Origin: Candidatus Eiseniibacteriota bacterium
GTDB lineage: Bacteria > Eisenbacteria > RBG-16-71-46 > JABDJR01
Reading direction: 5' to 3'
NCBI GenBank assembly: GCA_963762255.1
Contig: CAVXKA010000003.1
Coordinates: 832,001 to 896,000, forward strand
Length of the DNA stretch: 64,000 nt
This document shows positions 37,615-50,200 of the stretch, piece after piece. Both the position numbers and the translations under genes were made by a program. Within the stretch, counting starts at the first letter, position 1. Every line of letters starts with the position of its first letter. Below the pieces are notes generated by a model, which was not told where the DNA came from, searched no databases, and saw nothing but the letters and a program-made list of their open reading frames with translations.

Positions 37615-39047
37615 GCCGGACGGCCTCGGTACTTCCTGAGCTTGTTGTGGAGCGTGCGGGTGCTGATGCCGAGGATCTCCGCGGCTCGCGTCTTGTTGTC
37701 GCTCGTCTTGCGTAGCGTCTCGAGAATGAGGAGCTTCTCCGCCTCCTCGACCGTGCTGCCGACGCTCACGACCACCGTGGCGGCGTGCGAGCCGTTCGAG
37801 GGAACCGCGGCGGGTGCGAGGGTGACGGTCGCGGGCTGCTCCGCGAGCGGCGAGCCCTCGGCACGCGCCGGCGGAGGGGGGCCCAGACTGGGCAGATCGC
37901 AGACGTCGATGAGGGACCCCGCGGCGACGACGACCGCCCGCTCCACCACATTGCGCAACTCGCGGACGTTGCCCGGCCACCGGTGGGCGCGCAGCGCATC
38001 CTGCGCCGCCGCCGTGAAGCCGTCGAAGGTCTTGCCGTTGGCGCAGGCGAACTCGTGCAGGAAGTGTTGAGCGAGGAGCGGCACGTCCTGCAGCCTCTCG
38101 CGCAGCGCCGGAAGCGCGATGGTGAAGACGTTGAGACGGTAGAAGAGGTCTTCGCGAAAGCGGCCGCTCTGGAGCGCCCGACCGATGTCGGCGTTGGTGG
38201 AGGAGATGACGCGAACGTCGACCGGGATCTCCTGCCGACCTCCGACGCGCCGGATGCTGCGCTCCTCGAGAACGCGCAGCAGCTTCGCCTGAAGTTCGGG
38301 GGGCATCTCCCCGATCTCGTCGAGGAGGAGCGTGCCGCCGGTGGCGAGTTCGAAGCACCCGGCCCGATCCGCGGTGGCCCCGGTGAAGGAACCCTTCTGG
38401 TGGCCGAGGATCTCGCTTTCCAGCAACGACTGCGGGATGGCCGCGCAGTTGACGGCAACGAAGGGCCTGTTGCGCCGCGGGCTCATCTCGTGAAGCGTTC
38501 GCGCCACGACTTCCTTGCCGGTACCGCTTTCCCCGGTGATGAGCACTGATACACGGCTCGGCGCGGCCTGCCCGACGAGCCGGTAGACGTCCTGCATGAT
38601 CGGCGTGCGGCCGACCAGGTGGCCGAACTTCCCGCGCTCGGCGAGATCGCGCGTGAGCCGCAGCAATTCCTCGCGATCGCTCACGCGCTCGACCGCCTTC
38701 TCGAGAACCACCTTGAGTCGGGCGAGGTCGACCGGCTTGGTGAGGTAGTCGTAGGCGCCTTCGCGCATCGCCTGAGTCGCGTTCTCGATCGTGCCGTGGC
38801 CGGTGAGAAGGATGAATACGGCGTGGGGGAGCTCCTCGCGAACTGCGCTCATCAGCTCGATGCCGGACGGGCCGGGCATCATCAGATCGGAGAGCACGAT
38901 GTGAGGGGAGAACTCCTTGCAGATCGCCAGCGCGTCCCGCGCATCCGATGCCGGACGGCTCTTGTATCCCCAGCCGGAGATGAGCTCGGTGAGTCCGGCG
39001 CGCGCGGCCTCTTCATCGTCAACGACGAGGACTCGATACGATGTCAT
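37611..39047 (-). CDS. Sigma-54-dependent response regulator (NtrC/AtoC family)
   Basis: [42 protein letters not shown]-terminal [11 protein letters not shown]. Confidence 0.95.
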   Translation of the reverse strand: MTSYRVLVVDDEEAARAGLTELISGWGYKSRPASDARDALAICKEFSPHIVLSDLMMPGPSGIELMSAVREELPHAVFILLTGHGTIENATQAMREGAYDYLTKPVDLARLKVVLEKAVERVSDREELLRLTRDLAERGKFGHLVGRTPIMQDVYRLVGQAAPSRVSVLITGESGTGKEVVARTLHEMSPRRNRPFVAVNCAAIPQSLLESEILGHQKGSFTGATADRAGCFELATGGTLLLDEIGEMPPELQAKLLRVLEERSIRRVGGRQEIPVDVRVISSTNADIGRALQSGRFREDLFYRLNVFTIALPALRERLQDVPLLAQHFLHEFACANGKTFDGFTAAAQDALRAHRWPGNVRELRNVVERAVVVAAGSLIDVCDLPSLGPPPPARAEGSPLAEQPATVTLAPAAVPSNGSHAATVVVSVGSTVEEAEKLLILETLRKTSDNKTRAAEILGISTRTLHNKLRKYRGRPA

Positions 39048-39399
39048 GGGGTGATCGCCTCCGTGGGCCGGATCCTCGATAGGCTGCTTCACCGCAGACT
39101 CCGGGCCGACGGGTGGAGACAATGCGAGGCCCGTGCCGGAGACCGAAGAACCATGCTACCTCCCAAATTTCAATGAGTTACAGCAATCAAAGGCAAACCT
39201 GAAGCCAAGACTCCAGGGACAAATCGAATGAGTGCGCAAATTTTACACGGTTTCGGCCATTCGCGCACCCCGGGGATAGGGACTATTCTTCGCGCAGGTT
39301 TTTGCCGAGCCTGCCAAGGATGCAGAGTGGATTGATCAATTCGAGCCTACCGGGGGGGGTATGGCCGTCCAAACCGTTGAAAACACGTGATGCGTGGGG

Positions 39400-39415
39400 T
39401 GGCACCGCTCTTGCT
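39400..39415 (+). promoter_or_regulatory. Sigma-54 promoter (-24/-12) facing the cytochrome operon
   Basis: TGGCAC-CGCTC-TTGCT is an exact match to TGGCAC-N5-TTGCW, beside a divergent bEBP gene. Confidence 0.78.
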
Positions 39416-39890
39416 CTTAGACGCGGGTGGAAGACCGAACCGGAATTCGCCTGGTTGGATCTCCGGGCTAGGTTTGGCCAATCGAAGGCGATTCGGGCTT
39501 CCGAGAAGCCAACCCACGTGAAGCACGGTGGGGGGCCGGGCGGAATTGCTCGAAGAGCACGATGTTCGGTACGCCGCCCGGTCCCCCATCCCCCCCTCCT
39601 CGGCGAGCCGACCGGCGTCAGCGGCAAGCTCTGGTTGAACCGGACCACCGCCATGGACGGAGCGGTGGCCTGGTCGACCACCCAAAATGATGAACTGCAC
39701 CTTCGGGGGGGTTTCGTCTGGCACGACTTCGGGCTCCTCGGGGTGTTTCCCCCCGCTCGTGTTCACCCAGAATCCGGCTGGCGGCCGGGGTGGGAACCCC
39801 GGACCGGTCAAGGGGGTTTCGCTCTCGACCGATATCGATTGCAGGATCACCCTCAACTGAAAGCCCTCGGCTCCTCGTCACGGCATAGGT

Positions 39891-40754
39891 GTGCGTTTGA
39901 AACGGACTCTGTCGATCATCTTTGTCCTACTTGCTGGGATCGCGATCGCCGGCGCGCCGTACTACACTCTCCCCATGTCCGGACGGGTCCGCAGTTCCTT
40001 TCACGAGTGGCTCCGTCCCTCGGGCTATGTCGGTCAGTCGCTCGGCATCATCGGCCTCGCGTGCTTTCTCTTCCTCTGGCTCTACCCGGTGCGCAAGCAC
40101 TTTCCTCAACTGGCGCGCACGGGCTCTATCGCGCGGTGGCTCCACGTCCACGTCATCGCCGGGCTCGCGACGCCGTTCTTGGTGGCGCTCCATGCGGGGT
40201 TCCGCTTCTCGGGGCTGGCCGGCCTCGCCTTTGCAGCGATGGTCGTGGTCTGGATGAGCGGCATCGTCGGGCGCTACCTCTACGCCCGCATCCCCCGCAG
40301 CCGGACCGGGCTGGCACTGAGCATCCAGGAGATCGGAACCCAGCGAGAGGATCTGATCCGGCGCATCGCCGCCGCCACAGGCCTCCATCCAGCCGATGTC
40401 CGTAAGGACCTCGCGGTGGAAGACGTCATGCACAAGGGGCTCGGGAAGCGTCAAACGCTCCGCCTCCAGATCACGGGCGATCTCGCCCGCCGTCGCGCCG
40501 TGCGCGACTTCCGCGCGAGGATCCTCGCGGGCACAGGAGGGGCGGTGAACATCGACGCGGGCGCGCTCGACGAGGCGCTTCGGTGCGCCCGGCGGGAGCT
40601 CGCCCTCGCCCAGCAACTCCGACTCCTGGAAGGGACCCAGCGCGTCTTCCGCTTCTGGCATGTCGCCCATCGCCCGGTAGCAGTGACCGCGCTCGTCGCC
40701 GTCGCCGTTCACGTCGGCGTCGTGATCGCCGTCGGCAGCACGTGGTTCAGGTAG
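39891..40754 (+). CDS. Inner-membrane protein with conserved-looking His pairs (putative heme-b, ferric-reductase-like)
   Basis: About 5-6 TM helices; WLHVHVIAG, VALHAG, SGIVGRYLY, FWHVAHRP, VAVHV. Confidence 0.78.
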   Translation: MRLKRTLSIIFVLLAGIAIAGAPYYTLPMSGRVRSSFHEWLRPSGYVGQSLGIIGLACFLFLWLYPVRKHFPQLARTGSIARWLHVHVIAGLATPFLVALHAGFRFSGLAGLAFAAMVVVWMSGIVGRYLYARIPRSRTGLALSIQEIGTQREDLIRRIAAATGLHPADVRKDLAVEDVMHKGLGKRQTLRLQITGDLARRRAVRDFRARILAGTGGAVNIDAGALDEALRCARRELALAQQLRLLEGTQRVFRFWHVAHRPVAVTALVAVAVHVGVVIAVGSTWFR

Positions 40755-40758
40755 CACG

Positions 40759-42183
40759 ATGATCGCACTCGTAACCACTGTCGCCTTCTGCGCGGTGACC
40801 GGCACCTTGATGGCGATCCATCTGCGGCGCAGCGCCTGCCGCGACCAGGCCGCCCCTGCCGTTTCCTGTCCGCGGTGCCGGGCCGAGGTCCCGGAAGGCC
40901 AGGATCGGTGCCCTCGGTGCGGCGTCCCGCAACAGATCTACGAGGTCGTGAGCGCGCAGACGGTGGTTCTGGAGAACGAGCCCGAAAAGGTCGCCGGGGA
41001 GATCGCACACGCCGTCGTACGCGCCGACAAGTGCCTCGGTTGCGGCACCTGTGTGGCCGCATGCCCCGAGCCGGGCGCGATCACGCTCCAGGGGAAGCTG
41101 GCAGTCGTCAATACGGACATCTGCCTGGGTCACGGCACCTGCGCGCAGGCCTGCCCTATCGGCGCGATCTCGCTGGGTGCGGGCGCGGCGGTGCAGCGCG
41201 TCGAGGTGCCGGAAGTGGACGCGGATTTCCAGTCCAACGTGCCCGGTGTCTACATCGTGGGCGAGCTCGGAGGGCGCGGCCTCATCAAGAACGCGATCAA
41301 CGAGGGAAAGGTCGCCATCGAAGCGGTGATGCGCGAGACGCAGCTCGGCGCGCGCCGCGGCGCCGCGGACGACGTCTACGACGTCATCATCGTCGGCTCG
41401 GGACCCGCGGGGTTGAGCGCGGGTCTCGAAGCGCACCGCGCCGGCCTGCGCTACGTCATCCTGGAGCAGGGAACACCCGCCGACACGATTCGCAAGTACC
41501 CGCGGCACAAGCTCCTCCTCGCCGAACCGGTTTCCGTTCCGCTCTACGGAGATCTCTGGGTCGCAGACGCCTCGAAGGAGAGCCTCATCCAGGTGTGGGA
41601 GACGATCATCGCCAACACCGGGATCGCGATCCGCACCGATCACCGCGTCGAGGACGTCGTCCGCGACGGAGAGAACTTCAAGGTTCGCACCAGCAAGGGG
41701 GAGTACCAGGCGCGGCGGGTGGTGCTGGCGATCGGCCGGCGCGGCACCCCGCGCCGCCTAGGGGCGCCCGGCGAGGAGCTGGCCAAGGTCGTCTACGACA
41801 TCGTGGAAATGGACGCGTTCGCCGGCCGCAGAGTTCTGGTGGTAGGCGGAGGCGACAGCGCCGTGGAATCCGCCCTCGGGTTGTCCAACCAGAAGGGCAC
41901 GGTGGTGCACCTCGCCTACCGCGGCCGCGAATTCTCCCGAGTCAAGGAGCGCAATCGCGTCAAGCTCGACGAGGCCACGGCGGCGGGGCGCGTGACGCTG
42001 CTGCTGGACACGGACGTGCTGCGGATCCTCGACGAGGAGGTCGTGCTCAAGGTCGGTGGGCAGGAGACGAACCTCCCCAACGACAACGTCATCATTCGCA
42101 TCGGCGGAGAGCCCCCGTCCTCGTTCCTCGAGCGCGCCGGCGTGCGCGTGGTCCAGAAGGACGTACCCCTGGTGGCGGCATGA
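40759..42183 (+). CDS. Membrane-anchored 2x[4Fe-4S] ferredoxin + TrxR/YpdA-like FAD/NADPH oxidoreductase
   Basis: N-terminal TM, CPRC..CPRC ribbon, CLGCGTCVAACP, CLGHGTCAQACP, PGVYIVGELGG, IVGSGPAG, VVGGGDSA, AYRG. Confidence 0.88.
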   Translation: MIALVTTVAFCAVTGTLMAIHLRRSACRDQAAPAVSCPRCRAEVPEGQDRCPRCGVPQQIYEVVSAQTVVLENEPEKVAGEIAHAVVRADKCLGCGTCVAACPEPGAITLQGKLAVVNTDICLGHGTCAQACPIGAISLGAGAAVQRVEVPEVDADFQSNVPGVYIVGELGGRGLIKNAINEGKVAIEAVMRETQLGARRGAADDVYDVIIVGSGPAGLSAGLEAHRAGLRYVILEQGTPADTIRKYPRHKLLLAEPVSVPLYGDLWVADASKESLIQVWETIIANTGIAIRTDHRVEDVVRDGENFKVRTSKGEYQARRVVLAIGRRGTPRRLGAPGEELAKVVYDIVEMDAFAGRRVLVVGGGDSAVESALGLSNQKGTVVHLAYRGREFSRVKERNRVKLDEATAAGRVTLLLDTDVLRILDEEVVLKVGGQETNLPNDNVIIRIGGEPPSSFLERAGVRVVQKDVPLVAA

Positions 42184-42202
42184 CCGGCGAAGGCTGCAGG
42201 GA

Positions 42203-44295
42203 ATGACCCGCCATGCGTCACGATGGCTGCGGGCGGTTCTGATGATGGGCGCGCTGCTGCTGCCGCGCGCCTCGTCCGCGCAGATCTCGCCCGGTGAGCT
42301 CTCGCGGGACCATCGCTCGCTCGAAGGTCCGCTCAACTGCCGCTCGTGCCACGCCGGCAAGACGAAGGAGATGGATCGCAACTGCCTCTCCTGTCACCAG
42401 GACATCCAGCGGCTGCGGGAGCAGAAGCGAGGATTTCACGCGCGAAACGGGGACGCACCGTGCGCGAGCTGCCATCCCGATCATGCAGGACGGGACTTCG
42501 AGCTGATCGCCTGGGACGGCGGCTCGTTCGAGAAGTTCGACCATGCGAAGGCCGGCTGGCCGCTGGCGGGCAAGCACGCCAAGGCCGCCTGCCGCGACTG
42601 CCACCAGCCCAAGCATCAGTCGGTCGAGTTCATGAAGCTCTCCAAGCGCGAGGATCCCGCCGAGAGCTGGGTCGGCCTCGAAACGGCCTGCGCCTCGTGC
42701 CACGAAGACACGCACCGAGGGGCGCTCGGCCCCGAGTGCGCCCGCTGCCACGGGAACGAAGCCTGGAAGCCCGCCACCGCCTTCGACCACGCCGCCACCG
42801 CCTTCGCGCTGACCGGCAAGCACACCGACGTGGAGTGCGCGAAGTGCCACTCGGCGGCCTCGCTCTCTCTCGCCCGCGACGACCAGGGCCGTCCGATCCC
42901 GCTGTACAAGCCGCTCCCCCACGCCGAGTGCGGCGCCTGTCACCGCGATCCGCACGAGAACCGGTTGGGCGCGGCGTGCGCTTCCTGCCACAAGACCTCC
43001 GGGTTCCGCGATCTCGCGTCCGGCCCGTTCAACCACAGCCTCACCCGCTTCGCGTTGCGCGGCGCGCACGCCTCGGTGGAATGCGCGAAATGCCATGACC
43101 CGGTGAAGGCGGGAGGCAAGCGGCCGGCTCACGATCGCTGCGACACCTGTCACCGCGATGCCCATGCGGGTCAGACCCTGCTCAAGGGCGCATCGTCCGA
43201 GCCCGTCGCTCCCGACTGCGCGGCGTGTCACGACGAGCGCGCGTTCCGGCCTTCGGTCTTCACGGTGGAGCGCCACGCCACCACCGCCTATCCGCTCGAC
43301 GGCAAGCACCGCGCGATCGAATGCCGCGCGTGCCACGCGAAGATCCCGGCAGGAGTCCCGAAGGACTCGCTCGGAACCGCCGGCGTGCTCATGAAACCCA
43401 AGTTCGCCGCGTGCCGCGACTGCCACCCGAGTCGCACGGAAAGCAGCTCGCGCGGCGCGCCGACGGGGGCGCGTGCGAGTCCTGCCATCGGGTCCAGGGG
43501 TGGAAGCCCAGCCTCTTCACCGTCGAGGACCACAGCCGCCTGAAGCTGGCGCTTCAGGGCCGCCACGCCGAGGCGGAGTGCGCCGCCTGTCACGGGCCGC
43601 GCCGCAAGGATCTGCCCGCGTTGCCCTCCGCGGAGGTGACCGGAAAGGCCGGCGTTCTCCTCGCCCTGGAGTCGGCGGAGTGTGTGAGCTGTCACGTGGA
43701 TCCGCATGCCGGAAGACTCACAGCATCCGGGAAGCCTGAGCCGGCCGTGTGCGCGTCATGCCACGGATCGGGAGGGTTCGCTCCGTCGACGCTCGACATG
43801 GTGCACCACGCCGCGCTGGGGTTCGCTCTTGAAGGGGCCCACGCGGCCGCCTCCTGCCTGGACTGCCATGCAGAACTTGCACGGCCTCGGCGCGCCTCCA
43901 CCCTCATTCTGGCCGCCATGAAGGAACCGCTGCTTCCGTTCGGCCAGAAGCGCACCGCGTGCGTCGACTGTCATGAGGACGTGCATGGCGGGCAGTTCAA
44001 GATGCGCGACGACGGCGGCGCCTGCGGCGGTTGCCACGGGCAGGAGAGCTTCAAGCCGGCCGTCCGGTTCGACCACGATCGCGGCACGGCCTTTGCTTTG
44101 CAGGGCGCCCATGCCTCGGTCGCTTGCGCGAAATGCCACATCGGCCGGGTGGACCCGGACGGCGTGAAGCGCATCGTGTATCGCCCCGTCCCACGGGATT
44201 GCGAGAGTTGCCACGGAGGGAAGCGCATGGAAGGGATGGGCGTGGAGACGCGGGCCGGCGCGCGGCCGGCACAGAGCCAGGAGGGGGAACGGTGA
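42203..44295 (+). CDS. Periplasmic multiheme cytochrome c (~23 CxxCH), frameshift near 43430
   Basis: Signal ending ASSA-QISPGELS; 14 CxxCH in ORF 42056 plus 9 in ORF 43225; FDHxxxxFxLxGxH repeats. Confidence 0.88.
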
Positions 44296-47200
44296 AGCCG
44301 ACCAGGACGTCGACTCATCACGCTGCTCCTGGCGGCGGCGTGCCTGCTTGGACGACCCGAGCAAGGGACCGGCGCTCCCGATCCCGACTACCCGCATGGG
44401 ACCTTTGAGGAGGACTGCACGACCTGCCACTCCCCCGAGGCATGGAAACCTGCGAGCTTCAGCAAGGATTTCGACCACGCCGCGTTCGGAATCCCCCTGG
44501 AGGGCGCGCACGCTCAGACCACCTGTCTGAACTGCCATCGCACGCTCGAGTTCGCGGACACCGGGACGCGCTGCGGCGGACTGCCACCAGGACATTCACC
44601 AGAGTGAGATGGGGCCGGAGTGCGCCGACTGCCACACCACGCGCAGTTTCGGCGATCGCGAGCGCATCGAGGCGCGCCACCAGGTCACCCGGTTTCCTCT
44701 GACCGGCGCCCACAGCACGCTGGATTGCGAGAGTTGTCACGGAGGGTCGGGGCAGGGGCACCTGATCTTCGTCGGCACGGCCTCGGAGTGCGCCTCCTGC
44801 CATACGAACAACTACCAGGCTACCCAGCAGCCTCCGCACGCGCTGAACGCGTTCTCCACGGAATGCACCCTCTGCCATGGAACGTCGCAATGGGATGGCG
44901 CCGTGCTGTCCGCCTCCGGGTTGCACTCCTTCGATCACGGGAAGGGCGGGTTCCCGCTGAACGGTGCCCATGCCCGGCAAGAGTGCATGAGTTGCCACGG
45001 AGACGGGACATTCGCCGGCAAGAGCATCGAGTGCGCGTCCTGCCACCAGGCCGACTACGACGGCACGACCGACCCGAACCATGCCACGGCCGGATTCGGG
45101 CTGGAATGCGCGAGCTGCCACGGGATGGAGCAGTGGAGGGGGGCAGCCTTCGATCACAATAGAACCGACTTCGCGCTCACCGGCTCCCACGTTGAACAAG
45201 AGTGTCGATCCTGCCACGGCGGCGGGGTCTACAACGGCTTGAGCACGCAGTGCGCGTCATGCCATCAGGCCGACTACGACGATACGGACGACCCGGACCA
45301 CGCGGCCGCCGGGTATCCCTTGGAGTGCGCAAACTGCCACAACACCGGAGACTGGGAGGAGGCCGAGTTCGATCATAACAAGACCCAGTTCGCGTTGACC
45401 GGGTCGCACGTGGAGCAGGAATGCCGCTCGTGCCACGGCGGCGGGGTCTACAACGGCTTGAGCACGCAGTGCGCGTCATGCCATCAGGCCGACTACGACG
45501 GCACGACCGACCCGAATCATGCCCTGGCCGGGTTCGGGGTGGAATGCGCCACATGCCACGGAACGACGCAGTGGAATGGCGTTGTCTTCGATCACACCCA
45601 GACCCAGTTCGCCCTGACCGGCTCGCACATCGAGCAGGAGTGCCGCTCCTGCCACGGCGGCGGGGTCTACAACGGCTTGAGCATGCAGTGCGCGTCATGC
45701 CACCAGGCCGACTATGACGGCACGGACGACCCGAACCACGCTCTTGCCGGGTATCCGCTGGCGTGCGAGACCTGCCACAACACCGGAGACTGGGAGGAGG
45801 CCGACTTCGATCACAACCAGACCCAGTTCGCGTTGACCGGATCGCACGTGGAGCAGGAGTGCCGCTCCTGCCACGGCGGCGGAGTTTACGACGGGCTGAG
45901 TATGGAGTGCGCCTCCTGCCATCAGGCCGATTACGACGATACGGACGACCCGAACCACGCTCTGACCGGGTTCGCTCTGGAATGCGCGACCTGCCACGGG
46001 ACGACACAGTGGGATGGAGCAACCTTCGATCACAATCAGACCGACTTCGCACTGACCGGGGCGCACGTGGGCCGGGAGTGCGCGAGCTGCCACGGTGGTG
46101 GGGTCTACGACGGACTGAGCATGGAGTGCGCCTCCTGCCATCAGGCCGACTACAGCGCCACGACGGATCCAAACCATGCTGCCGCGGGATATCCGTTGGA
46201 CTGCAAGAGCTGTCACGGGACTGCACAGTGGGACGGCGCGACCTTCGATCACAACCGGACCCAGTTCCCCCTGACCGGTTCGCACATCGAGCGGGAGTGC
46301 CGCTCGTGTCACGGCGGTGGGGTCTACGACGGGTTGGCTACCCAGTGCGCATCCTGCCATCAAGCCAACTACAACAGCACCACCGACCCCGCTCACGCGG
46401 CAGCCGGTTTCGCGCTTCAGTGCGAGACTTGCCACAACACGACGCAGTGGGACGGGGCGACTTTCGATCATACCCAGACCCAGTTCGCGTTGACCGGGTC
46501 GCACATCGAGCAGGAGTGCCGCTCATGTCATGGCGGCGGGGTCTACAACGGACTGAGCATGGAGTGCGCCTCCTGCCACCAATCGGATTACGACGGCACC
46601 ACCGACCCGAACCACGCAGCCGCCGGGTATCCCCTGGAGTGCGAGACCTGTCACGGGACGGCACGGTGGGACGGAGCCGACTTCGATCACAGCCAGACCC
46701 AGTTCGCGCTGACCGGCTCGCACATCGAGCAGGAGTGCGCGAGTTGTCACGGCGGCGGGGTCTACAACGGGCTGAGCATGGAGTGCGCTTCGTGCCACCA
46801 ATCAGATTTCAGCGCGACTACCGACCCCAATCACGCGGCGGCCGGCTTCGCGCTTCAGTGCGAGACCTGTCACAACACGACGCAGTGGGACGGGGCGACC
46901 TTCGATCACAACCAGACCCAGTTCGCGCTGACCGGCTCGCACATCGAGCAGGAGTGCCGCTCATGTCATGACGGCGGGGTCTACAACGGGCTGAGCATGG
47001 AGTGCGCCTCCTGCCACCAGCCCGACTACGACACGACCACCGACCCGAACCACGCCGCTGCGGGGTATCCGTTGGACTGCCAGACCTGCCACGGAACGGC
47101 ACAGTGGGACGGAGCCGACTTCGATCACGCCCAGACCCTCTTCCCGCTAACTGGATCGCATATCGAACAGGAATGCCGCTCATGTCACGGCGGCGGCGTC

Positions 47201-50200
47201 TACGACGGGTTAGCTACCGAGTGCGCCTCCTGCCACCAGCCCGACTACGACGGAACGACCGATCCCAACCACGCGGCGGCCGGCTTCGCGACTTCAGTGC
47301 GAGACCTGCCATAACACGGCACAGTGGGACGGGGCGACCTTCGATCACAGCCAGACCCAGTTCGCACTGACCGGGTCGCACATCGAACAGGAGTGCCGCT
47401 CGTGTCACGGCGGCGGCGTCTACGACGGGTTAGCTACCGAGTGCGCCTCCTGCCACCAGCCCGACTACGACGGAACGACCGATCCCAACCACGCGGCGGC
47501 CGGCTTCGCGCTTACAGTGCGAGACCTGCCATAACACGACACAGTGGGACGGGGCGACCTTCGATCACAGCCAGACCCAGTTCGCACTGACCGGGTCGCA
47601 CATCGAACAGGAGTGCCGCTCGTGCCACGGCGGCGGCGTCTACGACGGGTTGGCTACCGAGTGCGCCTCCTGCCACCAGCCCGACTACGACGGAACGACC
47701 GATCCCAACCACGCGACCGCTGGTTACTCCACCCTGTGCGAGACGTGCCACGGCACGATGAAGTGGGAAGGCGCAGTATTCAATCACAGCCGCACGGACT
47801 TCCCGCTGACCGGGGCGCACGTCGAGCAGGAATGCCTGAGCTGCCACACCGATGGCGTCTACGACGGCCGAGCACGCAATGCGCCTCGTGCCACCGAGCC
47901 GAACTACAACGGGACGACGGATCCGGATCATGCGGCGGCCGGCTTCCCGACGAACTGCCAGACCTGCCACAACACGACGCAGTGGGAAGGGGCCACCTTC
48001 AACCACTCCAGACACAGCTTCCCGCTGACGGGATGCACACGTTCGCCAGAGTGCGACGCCTGCCACGGCGGCGGGGTCTTCGACGGCGAACCACGGAGTG
48101 CTTCTCCTGCCACCAGGCCGACTTCAACGGGACGACGAATCCCAATCACGTCAGCGCCGGCTTCCCCACGATTGCGCAGACGTGCCACACCACCAGCGGT
48201 GGCCGGGGGCCACCTTCAACCACTCAGACGATCTTCCCGCTGACCGGGGCCCACACCAGCGCGGACTGCAGCAGCTGCCACACCGGCGGGCGTCTACCAG
48301 GGGACCTCACACGCTGTGCTATTCCTGCCACCAGGCCGACTACAACGGGACCACGAATCCCAATCACGTCAGCGCCGGGTTCCCCCACGACTGCAGCACC
48401 TGTCACACCACGACAGCGGCTGGCCGGGAGCCACCTTCAACCACTCAGATCGCTTCCCGCTGACCGGCGGCTCACATCAGCGTCGGACTGCAGCACCTGC
48501 CACAGCGGCGGCGTCTACCAGGGACTGACCACCCTGTGCTATGCCTGCCACCAGGCCGACTACAACGGGACCACAAATCCCAATCACGCGCAGCGCCGGG
48601 TTCCCCGACCTGCAGCACCTGTCACAACACGAGCGTGGGCGGGAGCCGACTTCAACACAACCAGACTCGCTTCCCGCTGACCGGCGGCCACACGGCGTCA
48701 GGAGTGCCGCAACTGCCACGCCGGCGGTGTCTACCAGGGCATGACCACCGCTGTGCTACTCCTGCCACCAGGCCGACTACAACGGGACGACGAATCCCAA
48801 TCACGCGCAGGCCGGCTTCCCCATGAGTGCCAGACCTGCCACACCACCACGGCTGGGCCGGAGCGACCTTCAATCACTCCAGAGCGATCTTCCCGCTGAC
48901 CGGCGCCCACACGAACGTGGAGTGCAGCACTTGCCACGCCGGCGGCGTCTACAAGGGACTCGCACCCTGTGCTACTCCTGCCACCAGGCCGACTACAACG
49001 GGACAACGATCCCAATCACGCAGCGCCGGGTTTCTCACGATTGCGAGACCTGCCACACCATCAACGGCTGGCCGGGGGCCACCTTCAGCCATCGGACAGC
49101 TTCCCGATGACCGGGGCACACACGGCGTGCGAGCTGCACGAACTGCCACGCCGGCGGCGTCTACAGGGACTCGCACCCTCTGCTACTCCTGCCACCAGGG
49201 CGACTACAACGGGACCACGAATCCCAACCACGCCAACGCCGGTTTCTCACCGACTGCAGCACGTGCCACACCTCCACGGCTGGCCCGGAGCCACCTTCAA
49301 TCACCACGAGCTTCCCGCTGACCGGGGGCACAGCAACGTGGAGTGCAGCACCTGCCACGCCGGCGGCGTCTACAAGGGACTCGCACCCTGTGCTACTCCT
49401 GCCACCAGGCCGACTACAGCGGCACCACGAATCCCAACCACGCCCAGGCCGGCTTCTCGCCTGCAGTGCAGACCTGCCACACCACAACGGCTGGCCGGGA
49501 GCCACCTTCAACCACTCACAGACGAGCTTCCCGCTGACCGGCGCCCACATCGACAGGAGTGCCTGCCTCCTGCCACGGCGGCGGGGTGTACAACGGACCT
49601 CCACCGAGTGCTACTCCTGCCACCAGGCCGACTACGACGGGACCACCGACCCCAATCACGCCCGCCGGCTTCCCGGCTGACTGTGCCAGACGTGTCACAA
49701 CACCACGACCTGGCTTGGCGCCGTCTTCGATCACAACCAGTCGCAGTTTCCCCTCACCGGGGCCCATCTGGCCGTGGAATGCATGAGCTGCCACGGCGGC
49801 GGGGTCTACAACGGGTTGAGCACGCAATGCGCCTCCTGCCACCAGTCGGACTACAACGGCACGACGGATCCCAATCACGCCGCCGGCCGGGTTCTCGCTC
49901 CCAATGCCAGACCTGCCACACCACGACCGCCTGGCCGGGCGCGACATTCAACCACAGCCAGACGAGCTTCCCGCTTACGGGGTCGCACGTTCAGCAAGAG
50001 TGCCTGAGCTGTCACGGCGGCGGGGTCTACAACGGGTTGAGCACGCAATGCGCCTCCTGCCATCAGTCGGACTACAACGGCACGACGGACCCCAACCATA
50101 CCGCCGCCGGATTCCCGCTCCAGTGCCAGACCTGCCACAACACCACAACCTGGCAGGGGGCCACGTTCGATCACGATTCGCAGAACTTCCCGATCTATTC

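Noticed and set aside
39190-39230. GGCAAACCTG...CAGGGACAAA resembling a c-di-GMP-I riboswitch P2
   Set aside because: It lacks the GNRA loop and the GCAAAGC/P3 elements, and lies upstream of the sigma-54 promoter
39719-39735. Second TGGCAC as a sigma-54 site
   Set aside because: No TTGC at the required spacing
39302-40405. 367-aa ORF spanning the promoter region
   Set aside because: No recognisable domain; it overlaps the promoter and the real membrane gene in another frame
44930-50166. Regular repeat array as a possible CRISPR or non-coding repeat
   Set aside because: The period is 219 nt, there are no unique spacers, and the units translate to CxxCH modules
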